Below, in pieces: positions 7,465 through 16,507 of a DNA stretch of 64,000 nucleotides. The notes under the pieces are model-generated. The model was not told the origin of the DNA, searched no databases, and saw only the letters and a list, made by a program, of their open reading frames with translations. The number at the start of each line of letters is the position of its first letter. The stretch's first letter is position 1. The translations under genes and the position numbers were made by a program. Source of the stretch: a virus (taxonomy: Duplodnaviria > Caudoviricetes); IMG/VR virus record IMGVR_UViG_3300025410_000009, one strand, 5' to 3'.

Positions 7465-8603
7465 GTTCTTTCTGCTCGAGTGCCACCAGATTTGGGCACA
7501 CTGGGTGCAGCAGTTTTACCAGGTCGACTTATTCTGTCAGCACCTAAACTGGCTCTAGCTGCCTTGGGCTGTGCAACAGGTGCACTGGGTACTGCAGCTG
7601 ATTTGGCAACACTGCCTTTGCTACCGCCCCCGCCATCTGGCAACAAACGCACTTGTGGCATGATTTCGCCTTCGGGTGCATATATGTACATGGTTGCAAT
7701 GTGTATCTTGCCCTTCATTGCATCATAATCTTTAAAGTATTGCGATGATTCAGACTTAACATCCATCAACAAGATACCTTCAAAATTTGAATAGGCTTTG
7801 TAATTTTCGTAACCGGTTCTCAATTGCTCATCAATAATAGCAGCAGGATCGCCACTGGCCAGTGCACGAGCATAGTTTTTAGAGTCAACATAATTAAATG
7901 TTTTGGCAGCTATGCTAGTGGTCAAGACCTTGACCTTCTTGGGATCAACTTTGGGAAGAATATCATAACACCAAGTTTGTGCATTGATACGGTCTGGCAA
8001 TTCAGTCAAGCCAGTAGCAACCATGATGTCGCTGGCCACACCAGCAAGATCCATTTTGGCCTTGCGTGGATTAATCCAGCGCCCGCCCTTGATCGCCGAA
8101 GTTTTAACTTCAATGGCACGTTTACCCACCATGATGTCGCCACCACCAGCAAGACGCCCGCTCCACTGAATTTTGGGACTCATCACAGCCAAGGCAACTT
8201 CGCCAGGACCCACACCCTGGCTTACCAGCACAGTGGTCAATATTTTAAATAATGCCTTGGCAAATTCGCTATCGTCCACTAGAGACAAAAATGTTTGCGG
8301 GCTACCACTGAGTAATTTGTTGACATTGACAATGCCAGTGGGGAATTTTTTTAGGAACGCATCTTTGTCTTCAACAGGAAAATCCATGCTGACTATGACT
8401 CGAGCAATTTCGTGAACAAATCTGCTGCCGTCGGGATCGCGTGACACCACAGAAGAAATACGCTCTTCAATATTGCCGGCCTTGAGCGTTTTGAGCACTT
8501 TTTGTAGCAGGCCCTCATCGTCGGTGTTTTTAACCAAATCAATAACTTGTTTTTTGGTTACGGGATCTTCAAATAGATCAATTAGTTTGCGTATGTCAGT
8601 CAT
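7461..8603 (-). CDS. Hypothetical late protein with a possible PD-(D/E)XK nuclease motif
   Basis: GPGE...GDIMVGKRAIEVK motif; Ala/Pro/Lys-rich C-terminal tail; TATAAATA upstream. Confidence 0.5.
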   Translation of the reverse strand: MTDIRKLIDLFEDPVTKKQVIDLVKNTDDEGLLQKVLKTLKAGNIEERISSVVSRDPDGSRFVHEIARVIVSMDFPVEDKDAFLKKFPTGIVNVNKLLSGSPQTFLSLVDDSEFAKALFKILTTVLVSQGVGPGEVALAVMSPKIQWSGRLAGGGDIMVGKRAIEVKTSAIKGGRWINPRKAKMDLAGVASDIMVATGLTELPDRINAQTWCYDILPKVDPKKVKVLTTSIAAKTFNYVDSKNYARALASGDPAAIIDEQLRTGYENYKAYSNFEGILLMDVKSESSQYFKDYDAMKGKIHIATMYIYAPEGEIMPQVRLLPDGGGGSKGSVAKSAAVPSAPVAQPKAARASLGADRISRPGKTAAPSVPKSGGTRAERT

Positions 8604-8624
8604 GGTAGTTTTGGGTATATTGTA

Positions 8625-8632
8625 TATTTATA
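8625..8632 (-). promoter_or_regulatory. T4 late promoter TATAAATA
   Basis: Exact T4 late consensus 22 nt upstream of the ATG at 8603. Confidence 0.7.
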
Positions 8633-8729
8633 CTAAATGAATTTTATGTTAAATTGTTGCAGAGCAGCATAAATATCTAAGTAGAAACACTGATATGGTT
8701 TCTACTAATTATCAAAAAGGAAACACACA

Positions 8730-8900
8730 ATGTTGACATATATTACAATAGCCTTAGCAAAACTGGGCGAATTTTTTGGTTCAAGAACTTACAAAAACAG
8801 TTTGGAACGTTTTATTGAATCGCAACAGCCCACCAACGCCGCCGAAGTAGACTACTACATTCGCGAATATGATCGTATGCATCGCCGAGGTGCCCTATGA
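8730..8900 (+). CDS. Small hypothetical protein, 56 aa
   Basis: MLTYITIALAKLGEFFGSRTYKNSLERFIESQQPTNAAEVDYYIREYDRMHRRGAL, with an AAGGAA RBS. Not in the ORF track. Confidence 0.7.
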   Translation: MLTYITIALAKLGEFFGSRTYKNSLERFIESQQPTNAAEVDYYIREYDRMHRRGAL

Positions 8901-8995
8901 TTCAAGCAATTAAGCAAGCATGGAAAGATTATTGGACTGCCTATAAAGAATATGCTGGGATGCGTTTGCGTGGCCGCGGTATGTACTACTTCTAA
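8897..8995 (+). CDS. Micropeptide, 32 aa
   Basis: MIQAIKQAWKDYWTAYKEYAGMRLRGRGMYYF; ATGA overlap with the previous ORF. Confidence 0.6.
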   Translation: MIQAIKQAWKDYWTAYKEYAGMRLRGRGMYYF

Positions 8996-9006
8996 AGGAG
9001 TCTAAC

Positions 9007-9099
9007 ATGAAAAAATTTCTTAACTTTGTTTGGGCAGTAATCAAGGCCCGTAAAGAAGCTCACGCCAGAGCCATCATCAACGGAACAGCATGGGTATAA
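9007..9099 (+). CDS. Micropeptide, 30 aa
   Basis: MKKFLNFVWAVIKARKEAHARAIINGTAWV; strong AAGGAG RBS. Confidence 0.65.
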   Translation: MKKFLNFVWAVIKARKEAHARAIINGTAWV

Positions 9100-9103
9100 A
9101 ACA

Positions 9104-9667
9104 ATGCCATTACAAACTGTTAGACGGGTACTACCGCATGAGTACTCTAAATATCGTACGCACCTTAAAGCCCTTGACTCAGACTCTAGGACCCTTAGGT
9201 TTGCTAATCCAGTCTCTGATTTTATAATTGATCAGTTTTGCGATGGTGTTGAGGCAGAACCCAGCCGACACATACTGTTTGCAGTGGAAGATAGCGAGTT
9301 AAACTTTATTGCTGTGGGACATATTGCCCGTTTTGAGCCCATGGAGTTGGCTTTTAGCGTGTTAAAAGAATACCAAGGACAAGGCCTTGGTAATCGTTTG
9401 ATGGAACGTTGTATACAGTGGTGTCGTGTGCACGACATACTGGAAGGTACCATGATTTGTTTGACGCATAACAGCGCCATACGTCACTTGTGCCGCAAAC
9501 ACGGTATTGCTGTCACCACCGAAGCAGGTGAAGCCTTGGCTGATATTCGTTTGCCACCTGCTGACATGACCACATTCATAAGCGAAACTGTGGACAACAA
9601 TGTGTCAACTTTGGATTGGTTTGCCAAACGAGTGGCTAGGCTGGCCCCCCGGTTAACAACTCAATAA
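9104..9667 (+). CDS. GNAT acetyltransferase (resembles the Pat-type acetyltransferase domain)
   Basis: LDSDSRTLRF N-terminus, ELAFSVLKEYQGQGLG motif A, HNSAIRHLCRKHG. Confidence 0.8.
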   Translation: MPLQTVRRVLPHEYSKYRTHLKALDSDSRTLRFANPVSDFIIDQFCDGVEAEPSRHILFAVEDSELNFIAVGHIARFEPMELAFSVLKEYQGQGLGNRLMERCIQWCRVHDILEGTMICLTHNSAIRHLCRKHGIAVTTEAGEALADIRLPPADMTTFISETVDNNVSTLDWFAKRVARLAPRLTTQ

Positions 9668-9890
9668 CCAATTTCTTTTTTAGTGCTTCCAGTCTAGGTT
9701 CCAGCTGATGGCAAGCTTCAGCTATCTCAAGCTCGCTGCCCCATCCCAGTTGATTGTTGAGATGCACAGCCCACTTGGATACAGCATCTTTTTCCAGTTG
9801 TAGGTCCACTGCATTGTGCATGGGTTTGGCACGACAGCACATGTTGAATTCATCTATTAACTCTTTGGCTCGAGCTTTCCAATCCATCAT
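9636..9890 (-). CDS. Hypothetical protein
   Basis: Start MMDWKARAK at 9890 with an ATGA overlap with the uvsY stop. Confidence 0.6.
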   Translation of the reverse strand: MMDWKARAKELIDEFNMCCRAKPMHNAVDLQLEKDAVSKWAVHLNNQLGWGSELEIAEACHQLEPRLEALKKKLVIELLTGGPA

Positions 9891-10342
9891 GATACTGTGA
9901 TGTCCTCCATGCCAGCGGTACGCAAACGCACAATGTGACCCATTTGCCATTGTTTGGCTTCAAGACCCTTCATGACACCCAACCAACGATTGCGTAGTAG
10001 CGCAACTTCGTTGATCAAGGTTTCGTAATCAACAACTTCGTCTTCACCATCCACGTACTTTTCAGCATCTCTAGCGGTCAATGCACGAGCATAGTTTTCT
10101 AGATATTTTTGAAAATGGCGGCGACGTATTTTACGAAGTTGCAAATTGAGATAGTTTAACACAGCTTCAATTTCTTGAAGCTGGTTAAATCTATGCTCGG
10201 TCACGCCGGGTAATTGTGCTATGTTGCGCTCGACATTGCCACGTATTCTACACTCGTCTTTGGCCAACTCAAGTTCGCCATCGTAGTAGGTGATAAAATT
10301 TGGCAATTCACTGAGATCTGCTACTACACGGTTATACCACAT
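9887..10342 (-). CDS. uvsY: UvsY-like recombination mediator
   Basis: 151-aa helical protein (AEKYVDGE...KGLEAKQWQM) next to uvsX and the SSB. Confidence 0.7.
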   Translation of the reverse strand: MWYNRVVADLSELPNFITYYDGELELAKDECRIRGNVERNIAQLPGVTEHRFNQLQEIEAVLNYLNLQLRKIRRRHFQKYLENYARALTARDAEKYVDGEDEVVDYETLINEVALLRNRWLGVMKGLEAKQWQMGHIVRLRTAGMEDITVS

Positions 10343-10344
10343 AG

Positions 10345-10575
10345 TCAGTCTTCGTAGTTTTCGTAATCTTCTGCGTCTTCTTCAGTGTCGCTGTATTCTT
10401 CATAACTGCGCTTGAGATAGCTGTCAACACCAACCAGTTCGGTGATGTCAAGATCGTTTAATTCATCAACCATGACACTCATTAAACTATCTGCGGCGCC
10501 TTGACGCTCCTTAGGAGGAATATATTCTTTTAAGGTGGTATATACTTCAATTAAGGTTTCAATTTCGATACTCAT
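10345..10575 (-). CDS. Small acidic hypothetical protein
   Basis: 76-aa ORF coupled between uvsX and uvsY. Confidence 0.65.
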   Translation of the reverse strand: MSIEIETLIEVYTTLKEYIPPKERQGAADSLMSVMVDELNDLDITELVGVDSYLKRSYEEYSDTEEDAEDYENYED

Positions 10576-11642
10576 TCTACGGTTTCCTCTTCGGGTTCAA
10601 CAGCAGTGGTAGTGGCATGCGGATTGGCTGTGTAATCTACCATGACCTTATCTAGCGAACCATCTTCGTTGCGTTCCCATGCTTTACGGAACTGCTTGAT
10701 AATGGTACCATCTGCTAGAGTGTATTTAAGACTGTTGCCTTCCTTGGTCAATAAACCTTTGCCTTCAAACAGGTCAACCAGGCCCGAGTACGGGTTCATG
10801 CCCGACTCATAAGGAATCTTGACCTGCACACTTTCAAAAGGCTTGGCATAGCGTGTTTTCATGATTTTACATGCGGCACGAATACCTTTGACTTCTGAAA
10901 TCTTGTTGCCGTCCTCGTCCTCTTTGAGCTTGAGTTTTTTCATAGCAACCACAATCGAGCTGGCATAGATAAAGCCTTGTCCGCCCGAGATCTTGTCATC
11001 GGGATCAAACATGTCTTGGCTGGCGTAAGTGTGATTGGTAGCAACTAGACCAATGTTCAAGTCGCCAAACATGTTAACACAGTTACGAACCAAGGCAGTC
11101 AATGCTTTAGGTTTACGGCCCATGTCACCTTTAAGGTCGCCGGCTTCAAATTGGTTAACGTCAGTGGGAGTCAACAACATGCCCAAGCTGTCTAAGATAA
11201 ACAAAACTTTTGGACGTTCTGTTTCAGGCAAGGTCTTGTACTCTTTAACAAATTCATGAATCATCTTCGCAACGTCGTCGATCATGGCCATGTTTAATTT
11301 GAGCAGTTTGTCTTCGCTGGTGTCAACACCTAGAGCGTGTAGCCATGCTTCATCGAGAGCGTTTTCTGTATCAATCAGGATAACGTAGATGCCTTGAGAT
11401 TGTGCATTTTTAACTAGATTGCCCGAGCAGATAAAACTTTTTCCTGCGCCAGACTCACCAGCAAACACCGTAACTTTGCCCATGGGCACTCCCTTGTGGA
11501 AGTCACCCGAAATCAAGTAGTTGAGTGCGTAGTTGTTGGTAGACACCCAGTCAGTGGGGTCTTTAAAGCCGAAGCTGATGCCATCGATGCTTTTTGTAAT
11601 ACTTTTTCTGAATTTACTTACGTCAAATGGACGATTTGCCAT
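10572..11642 (-). CDS. uvsX: RecA/UvsX recombinase
   Basis: Walker A GESGAGKS, IDTENALD, FILDSLG, NHTY, SGGQG. Confidence 0.92.
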   Translation of the reverse strand: MANRPFDVSKFRKSITKSIDGISFGFKDPTDWVSTNNYALNYLISGDFHKGVPMGKVTVFAGESGAGKSFICSGNLVKNAQSQGIYVILIDTENALDEAWLHALGVDTSEDKLLKLNMAMIDDVAKMIHEFVKEYKTLPETERPKVLFILDSLGMLLTPTDVNQFEAGDLKGDMGRKPKALTALVRNCVNMFGDLNIGLVATNHTYASQDMFDPDDKISGGQGFIYASSIVVAMKKLKLKEDEDGNKISEVKGIRAACKIMKTRYAKPFESVQVKIPYESGMNPYSGLVDLFEGKGLLTKEGNSLKYTLADGTIIKQFRKAWERNEDGSLDKVMVDYTANPHATTTAVEPEEETVE

Positions 11643-11736
11643 TGGTGTGTTCCTTATGTTTTAAATATGCAGCACTTCTTGCCTCAGAAGAGGACCTGGG
11701 CGTACAGATTACTCTGCAGAGGCCCAAGCCATGTTT

Positions 11737-12735
11737 TTACTTTTGACGGTTACGGATCATAGCCAAAATGTCTTCGGCACGTTTACCGCTGGCATTGGCT
11801 GGTGTCACTACTGGAGCGGCTGCTGATGCTGGTTCATCATCGTCCATGGGTGCTGGTGCTGATCTGGTCACAACAGGTTCGTCGTCATCGTCAGCGATGG
11901 CTGGAGCAGCCACTGTGGCCGCGGCCGGGGCGGCTGCACGATCACTTTGGAAGCCAGCTGGCTTGAAGTAAGCACCCCAACGATCGGGATCATAGGGTTC
12001 GCCGTCAACTGACGCTTCGAACATTTCCTTGATCACTTTGAGTTCGACTTCATTGGGTTTCTTGGGCAAGAAATCGCTCAAGTTAAACAAGCCGTGCTTC
12101 TCAATGGCTTCGTGTTCGGCTGCAGTCAAACCGCTTTCTTTACGAGCCCATTTGCTGGTGTTGTAGTCAGCATAGCCACCTTTGCTGGTTTTACTGACCA
12201 CAAAGTCAAGACCACGTGCGTAGTCGGTTGGCAATTCTTCCATTTCGGGATCCATCAATGCGCTCTTGATGATATTAAAGATTTGTGGGCTAATGATGAA
12301 ACGACGGATTGGATTTTCCGGAGTTTTGTCATCGCTCAAGGGATTTTCGTGTACAAAGCCCTGGAACAAATAGGATTTTTTCTTCCAGTACTTACGACCC
12401 ATGTCTTCCAGTGAAGGGTCTTTGAACCAGCCGCGAACTTCGGCCAGGATTGGGCAAGCTTCATTCCACATCTCAACGCAGGGCACTTGCACAGTGACTG
12501 GTTTGCTGTCGCTTTGACCTTTGATGCCGGCAAACGGCAATTTGATCATGGCTCTTTCGATCCAGAAAAATGTGTTTTTGGGGTCAGCGTCGGGGAGAAA
12601 ACGCAGTTTGGCACTAGTGCCTTCTGGGATGTTCCAGTGTGCAAAGATGGCATTGTCGCCACCTGATTGTGAGTTTCCGTTACCACGGGATTCTTGAGAT
12701 TGTAGTCTTGCGCGGATTTCTGCTAATGTTGCCAT
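11737..12735 (-). CDS. gp32: Single-stranded DNA-binding protein (T4 gp32-like)
   Basis: LRFLPD, CVEMW...CPIL, YWKKKSY, ELPTDY..GLDF, YADYNTSKW and an acidic C-terminal tail. Confidence 0.85.
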   Translation of the reverse strand: MATLAEIRARLQSQESRGNGNSQSGGDNAIFAHWNIPEGTSAKLRFLPDADPKNTFFWIERAMIKLPFAGIKGQSDSKPVTVQVPCVEMWNEACPILAEVRGWFKDPSLEDMGRKYWKKKSYLFQGFVHENPLSDDKTPENPIRRFIISPQIFNIIKSALMDPEMEELPTDYARGLDFVVSKTSKGGYADYNTSKWARKESGLTAAEHEAIEKHGLFNLSDFLPKKPNEVELKVIKEMFEASVDGEPYDPDRWGAYFKPAGFQSDRAAAPAAATVAAPAIADDDDEPVVTRSAPAPMDDDEPASAAAPVVTPANASGKRAEDILAMIRNRQK

Positions 12736-12803
12736 AATATGTTTCCTTTATAAATTAAGATGGTCTTAGATGTGCCTAGATGTATACCAGCACATGACTA
12801 GTA

Positions 12804-12832
12804 TACAACATTAATATTTATCTGTCTAGGAG
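12804..12832 (-). promoter_or_regulatory. Overlapping sigma70-like (TAGACA-N17-TATACT) and late (GATAAATA, 12815-12822) promoters for the SSB gene
   Basis: Both motifs read directly from the intergenic sequence; coordinates approximate. Confidence 0.5.
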
Positions 12833-12835
12833 TTT

Positions 12836-14329
12836 TTAAACTTTTTTTGCCAAACCTGCAAGACGCAAAATTTGGTCTATGCTTTCGAATGGTTTAGTGG
12901 GACGATCACCATTTCCGGGCTGAGCCTGACCAACCGAATTCTGCGGAGCCGGTGGGCTTTGTGGACCAGGATGATTGGCTTGTGGAGTCAATTCGCCTGG
13001 CTGTGGCACAGTGGGATCGGTGCTGGTTTCGTTTTGCAGTATTGTGGAAAATTCCTGTGCTAGGTCGTTTTCTCCAGTTTTGCGTAGCCAGCTGATGACC
13101 ACGGGTCTTGCGTCAGACCCCGGATTGCCTTGACTCAATTGATAAAATTCATCGTCAAGTGCGTCGGAGCTGATCTGCGGATCGATAGCTGCACTGGCGT
13201 CTGTGCCGTTAACACCCACTGTAAGTGGTTTACTCATGATGTTTCTTAAATGATATAAATCATCATCGGTAAATCCATCATCCTCGTCTTCAGTTAGTGA
13301 TGTGGCCCAATCGTCAAATTCGGCCACGTAGGCATTCTCGCGGGCCAGTTGTCGTTTTTGGTATGCGCGGTACACATGGGGTAGTGCTTCGCTGAGTCTA
13401 TCGTCAAACACCTTTTTAACAAAGCGCTCTTTGAGAGCATCAATGTCCATGTCATCTTCTGTGATAATGGTGTCTTGTGGTTTAAAACTTTCACGGAATT
13501 GTTGATAACCGCGATGACCGGTCATGGACAATAGGCCGGTTCGTAATTCGTTGTAGCGTTCGGTTGCAGCTTCAACCATGCCCACTGTTTCGGCATCTTC
13601 AAATGTGCGATTACGCATGTTGCGTACAAACACACTCATGTCCGACATTTCTTTGACCACGTTCACAATGTGCTGACCAATTTCGTCTTGTATGATGCCA
13701 CCTTCGCTGATGTGGCGTGCCATGGCTCGTGCTGGATTTAGTTTGGTAAATGGCAATAGGAATCGCTCGCCCAAGTGTGTTTCTACAAATATGGATTCAA
13801 TGTTGCGTGTACGCGAACCTGGCACTGCTTCATCAATATTGGATTTATGACGCACCACAAGTCTCACTGGTCCTACTGACTGGTAGCTGCTTTTAGAGCT
13901 GCCAAACATTTTGCTTTCAGATACACGAACTTCGGATGCATCCTGTGTGCCGTCTGCAGCACTGACATGTTTCAAATCACGCAGTTTTAAATTGCTGCGT
14001 GTGATATCGCGAGTGTCAAACGACAGTAGATTACGTCTAGCAAACTGGCGCATGTTACGCAAAAAGTCAAACCATTCAGCACGTTGCTCGGGATTTAACT
14101 CGCTGGTGATATTTTTGCTGAAATAGACTTTTAGACTCTGCTCGTCAATGATACTGATGGTTATGTTACCAAAGTTTTGCCCGTCGCGGGCCACATAGTC
14201 AAAATTAAAGAATCTGGCCTTGGCAGGATCTGTGGTGTTTTTGGCCAATTCGTCGCCCACACTGACATTCTCAAATCTCGAGCGTATTTTGTCAAACAAC
14301 TCTTCGGCAATTTTGGTAAGTTCTCTCAT
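12836..14329 (-). CDS. Conserved hypothetical virion/head-associated protein
   Basis: 497 aa, directly downstream of the terminase, preceded by AATAAATA (14334-14341); C-terminal ILRLAGL motif. Confidence 0.55.
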   Translation of the reverse strand: MRELTKIAEELFDKIRSRFENVSVGDELAKNTTDPAKARFFNFDYVARDGQNFGNITISIIDEQSLKVYFSKNITSELNPEQRAEWFDFLRNMRQFARRNLLSFDTRDITRSNLKLRDLKHVSAADGTQDASEVRVSESKMFGSSKSSYQSVGPVRLVVRHKSNIDEAVPGSRTRNIESIFVETHLGERFLLPFTKLNPARAMARHISEGGIIQDEIGQHIVNVVKEMSDMSVFVRNMRNRTFEDAETVGMVEAATERYNELRTGLLSMTGHRGYQQFRESFKPQDTIITEDDMDIDALKERFVKKVFDDRLSEALPHVYRAYQKRQLARENAYVAEFDDWATSLTEDEDDGFTDDDLYHLRNIMSKPLTVGVNGTDASAAIDPQISSDALDDEFYQLSQGNPGSDARPVVISWLRKTGENDLAQEFSTILQNETSTDPTVPQPGELTPQANHPGPQSPPAPQNSVGQAQPGNGDRPTKPFESIDQILRLAGLAKKV

Positions 14330-14344
14330 AGTGTATTTATTCTT

Positions 14345-15913
14345 TTAAATCATTATAAATGGCATTGGCATTATGACATCATCTAGTGTATCACGCAATC
14401 TAGCGTCTAGATTGCTGTCATAGTTTTGCAGAGCTTGAATCATGCGTATGGCCAACAACATGGCCATGACCAAATCGTCAGTTTCGCCAATTTTGGCTGC
14501 ATAGCTGGTGCCCGATGCCACAAAAGTCTTTAGTTCGCTGATGGTATTTGAACTAGAAATGGTCATCTTTTTGGTTTCTAGCATGTTTTTAAACTTGGCA
14601 CAGGCAGCAATCTTGCTCTTGTTTGTGGTAGTAAATCCTTTACGGTATCTAGTACCACTGCCCATGCTGCGTCTAGGTTCGCTTAAGAATGTACCAGGTA
14701 TGTTTTCTTCGCCCATTTGTGAAATACAGATCAGTGCTGCTTCGCCTAGGGTGTTGTTTTCCACGCTGTAGTATATGTCGTTGCCGTTGCCGGTTTCATC
14801 GACAATGTGCTGGCAAATATCACGTAGGATCACCACCTGCTGTTGTACTCGAGTTTTGTTGTGCTGCCACTCGCCCACTTGTAGACAACCCGGTAATTCC
14901 AACACCTGTATGGCAGCAGGGTCGCCGCCTGTGCCTAGGCTGGGATCCAGCGCCACAATGTAAGTATGACCGCGTGTGGGTCGTTTGTACCAGCGCACTT
15001 GGCCAGTACGATACAAGGGCTCGATCCCACCCAACTCGGCCAGCATGATGGAATTGATCAAGGTCTCATCATAGATCAAAAATTCGCAGCCGTGTTCACG
15101 ACGGAAACGTTCTTCACCAATGCGACCAATTTCTTCAGCTTTCCACTGCTCATCACGATCCGGATGCTCGTCCCATCTGGCTTGATAGGGTCGAAATCCG
15201 TTAATGCCCAATTCAGTTTCGTTGCCGTGCTCGTCAATGCGTTTGTTGGCCTGTTTCCAAATATGTGCAAATTGATCTTCGTCGCTGTTGGGAGTTGATG
15301 TAATAATGGCTTTACCACCAGTGCTGAGTGTGGGCGAAATTGATGTCCAGAACTCTTTAGCAATTGTGGGGCGCACGAATGCAAACTCGTCACAGTATAA
15401 CAGAGTAATAGACATACCACGACCGGTTGTTTCTGTAGTAGTGGCACTGACTATGCGCGATCCGTTTTCGAATTCAATACTGCCCTTGTTGTAGTTGGTG
15501 GCACCAGCACGTATAAAATCCGGACACAATTCGTAGGCATAGCGCACACGTTGCATAATTTCCTGTGCACCAGTGTATTTGTGTGCAGCAATTAGAATGG
15601 TTGCATCAGGAATAAACATGGCATACCACAAGAGATATCCAGCAGCACTGGTTGTTTTACCAGTCTGTCGTGGCATAAGGCTGATACTGAAACGATTTTG
15701 ATGATAGGTATCAATCAACTTCTTTTGATACTCAAATGGGTGATACAGCATCTTGCCTTTTGTGGGATGCTGTATGTAAAAATAATTGTCCATGAAGTAT
15801 TTGGGCCCCGACACTGGGTCAGCACATTTGGCAAACTCACGTATCTGGTGCTCGGTGTACGATTCTCTTTGATGAGCACGTTTTACCAGAGCATTTTCTG
15901 CATTACCACTCAT
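14345..15913 (-). CDS. gp17: Terminase large subunit (T4 gp17-like)
   Basis: PRQTGKT Walker A, LLYCDEFAFV Walker B, TSTPN, and nuclease residues DPSLG...D and DDLVMA. Confidence 0.93.
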   Translation of the reverse strand: MSGNAENALVKRAHQRESYTEHQIREFAKCADPVSGPKYFMDNYFYIQHPTKGKMLYHPFEYQKKLIDTYHQNRFSISLMPRQTGKTTSAAGYLLWYAMFIPDATILIAAHKYTGAQEIMQRVRYAYELCPDFIRAGATNYNKGSIEFENGSRIVSATTTETTGRGMSITLLYCDEFAFVRPTIAKEFWTSISPTLSTGGKAIITSTPNSDEDQFAHIWKQANKRIDEHGNETELGINGFRPYQARWDEHPDRDEQWKAEEIGRIGEERFRREHGCEFLIYDETLINSIMLAELGGIEPLYRTGQVRWYKRPTRGHTYIVALDPSLGTGGDPAAIQVLELPGCLQVGEWQHNKTRVQQQVVILRDICQHIVDETGNGNDIYYSVENNTLGEAALICISQMGEENIPGTFLSEPRRSMGSGTRYRKGFTTTNKSKIAACAKFKNMLETKKMTISSSNTISELKTFVASGTSYAAKIGETDDLVMAMLLAIRMIQALQNYDSNLDARLRDTLDDVIMPMPFIMI

Positions 15914-15941
15914 TGACCTTGTCCTTTAGCTGTGTTATAAT
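15913..15941 (+). promoter_or_regulatory. sigma70 promoter TTGACC-N17-TATAAT with extended -10 TG, upstream of the HNH gene
   Basis: Read directly; a GTTAAATA late-like motif follows at 15958-15965. Confidence 0.7.
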
Positions 15942-15970
15942 CCATGGGTTAACTTTGGTTAAATATACTT

Positions 15971-16507
15971 ATGATTGATACCCTTCTTCTAAATTCAGAT
16001 TTCAATCCAATTTCAGTTCTTCCGTTAAGTGTAATTTCGTGGCAACATGCCGTAAAACTTATGTTTTTGGATCGTGTGGTTGTGATTGAAACCTATCCCG
16101 GCCGCCTAATACGCAGCGAACACCTCACACTAGAAGTACCCAGCGTGTGTATGACCAAAGATTATTTTAACTACAAGAAAACAGTCAAGTTCAGCAGAGC
16201 CAATATGTTTTTGCGTGACTTGTATCAATGTCAATACTGCGCTGACACTTTTGCTGTTAAAGATCTAACACTGGATCATGTTATCCCACGTGCCAGTGGT
16301 GGAAAAACTACATGGGAAAATTCAGTTACAGCCTGCAAGTCTTGCAATCACAAAAAAGGCAGCAAGTTGCAAAGACCAATTCGTACTCCATTCAAACCCG
16401 ACTACTACGGCTTGATCAATCAGTGGAAGAATCGTCCGTTCCGTGTGGGTCACCCCAGCTGGTACAAGTATTTGGGAATTGAAGAAGTTGCCGCAATTGC
16501 TAGTTGA
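15971..16507 (+). CDS. HNH endonuclease (McrA-like)
   Basis: RDLYQCQYC...TLDHVIPRASGGKTTWENSVTACKSCNHKKG. Confidence 0.9.
   Translation: MIDTLLLNSDFNPISVLPLSVISWQHAVKLMFLDRVVVIETYPGRLIRSEHLTLEVPSVCMTKDYFNYKKTVKFSRANMFLRDLYQCQYCADTFAVKDLTLDHVIPRASGGKTTWENSVTACKSCNHKKGSKLQRPIRTPFKPDYYGLINQWKNRPFRVGHPSWYKYLGIEEVAAIAS

Noticed and set aside
10572-15913. Inteins or introns in uvsX or the terminase
   Set aside because: Lengths (356 and 522 aa) and motif spacing are normal, with no splice motifs.
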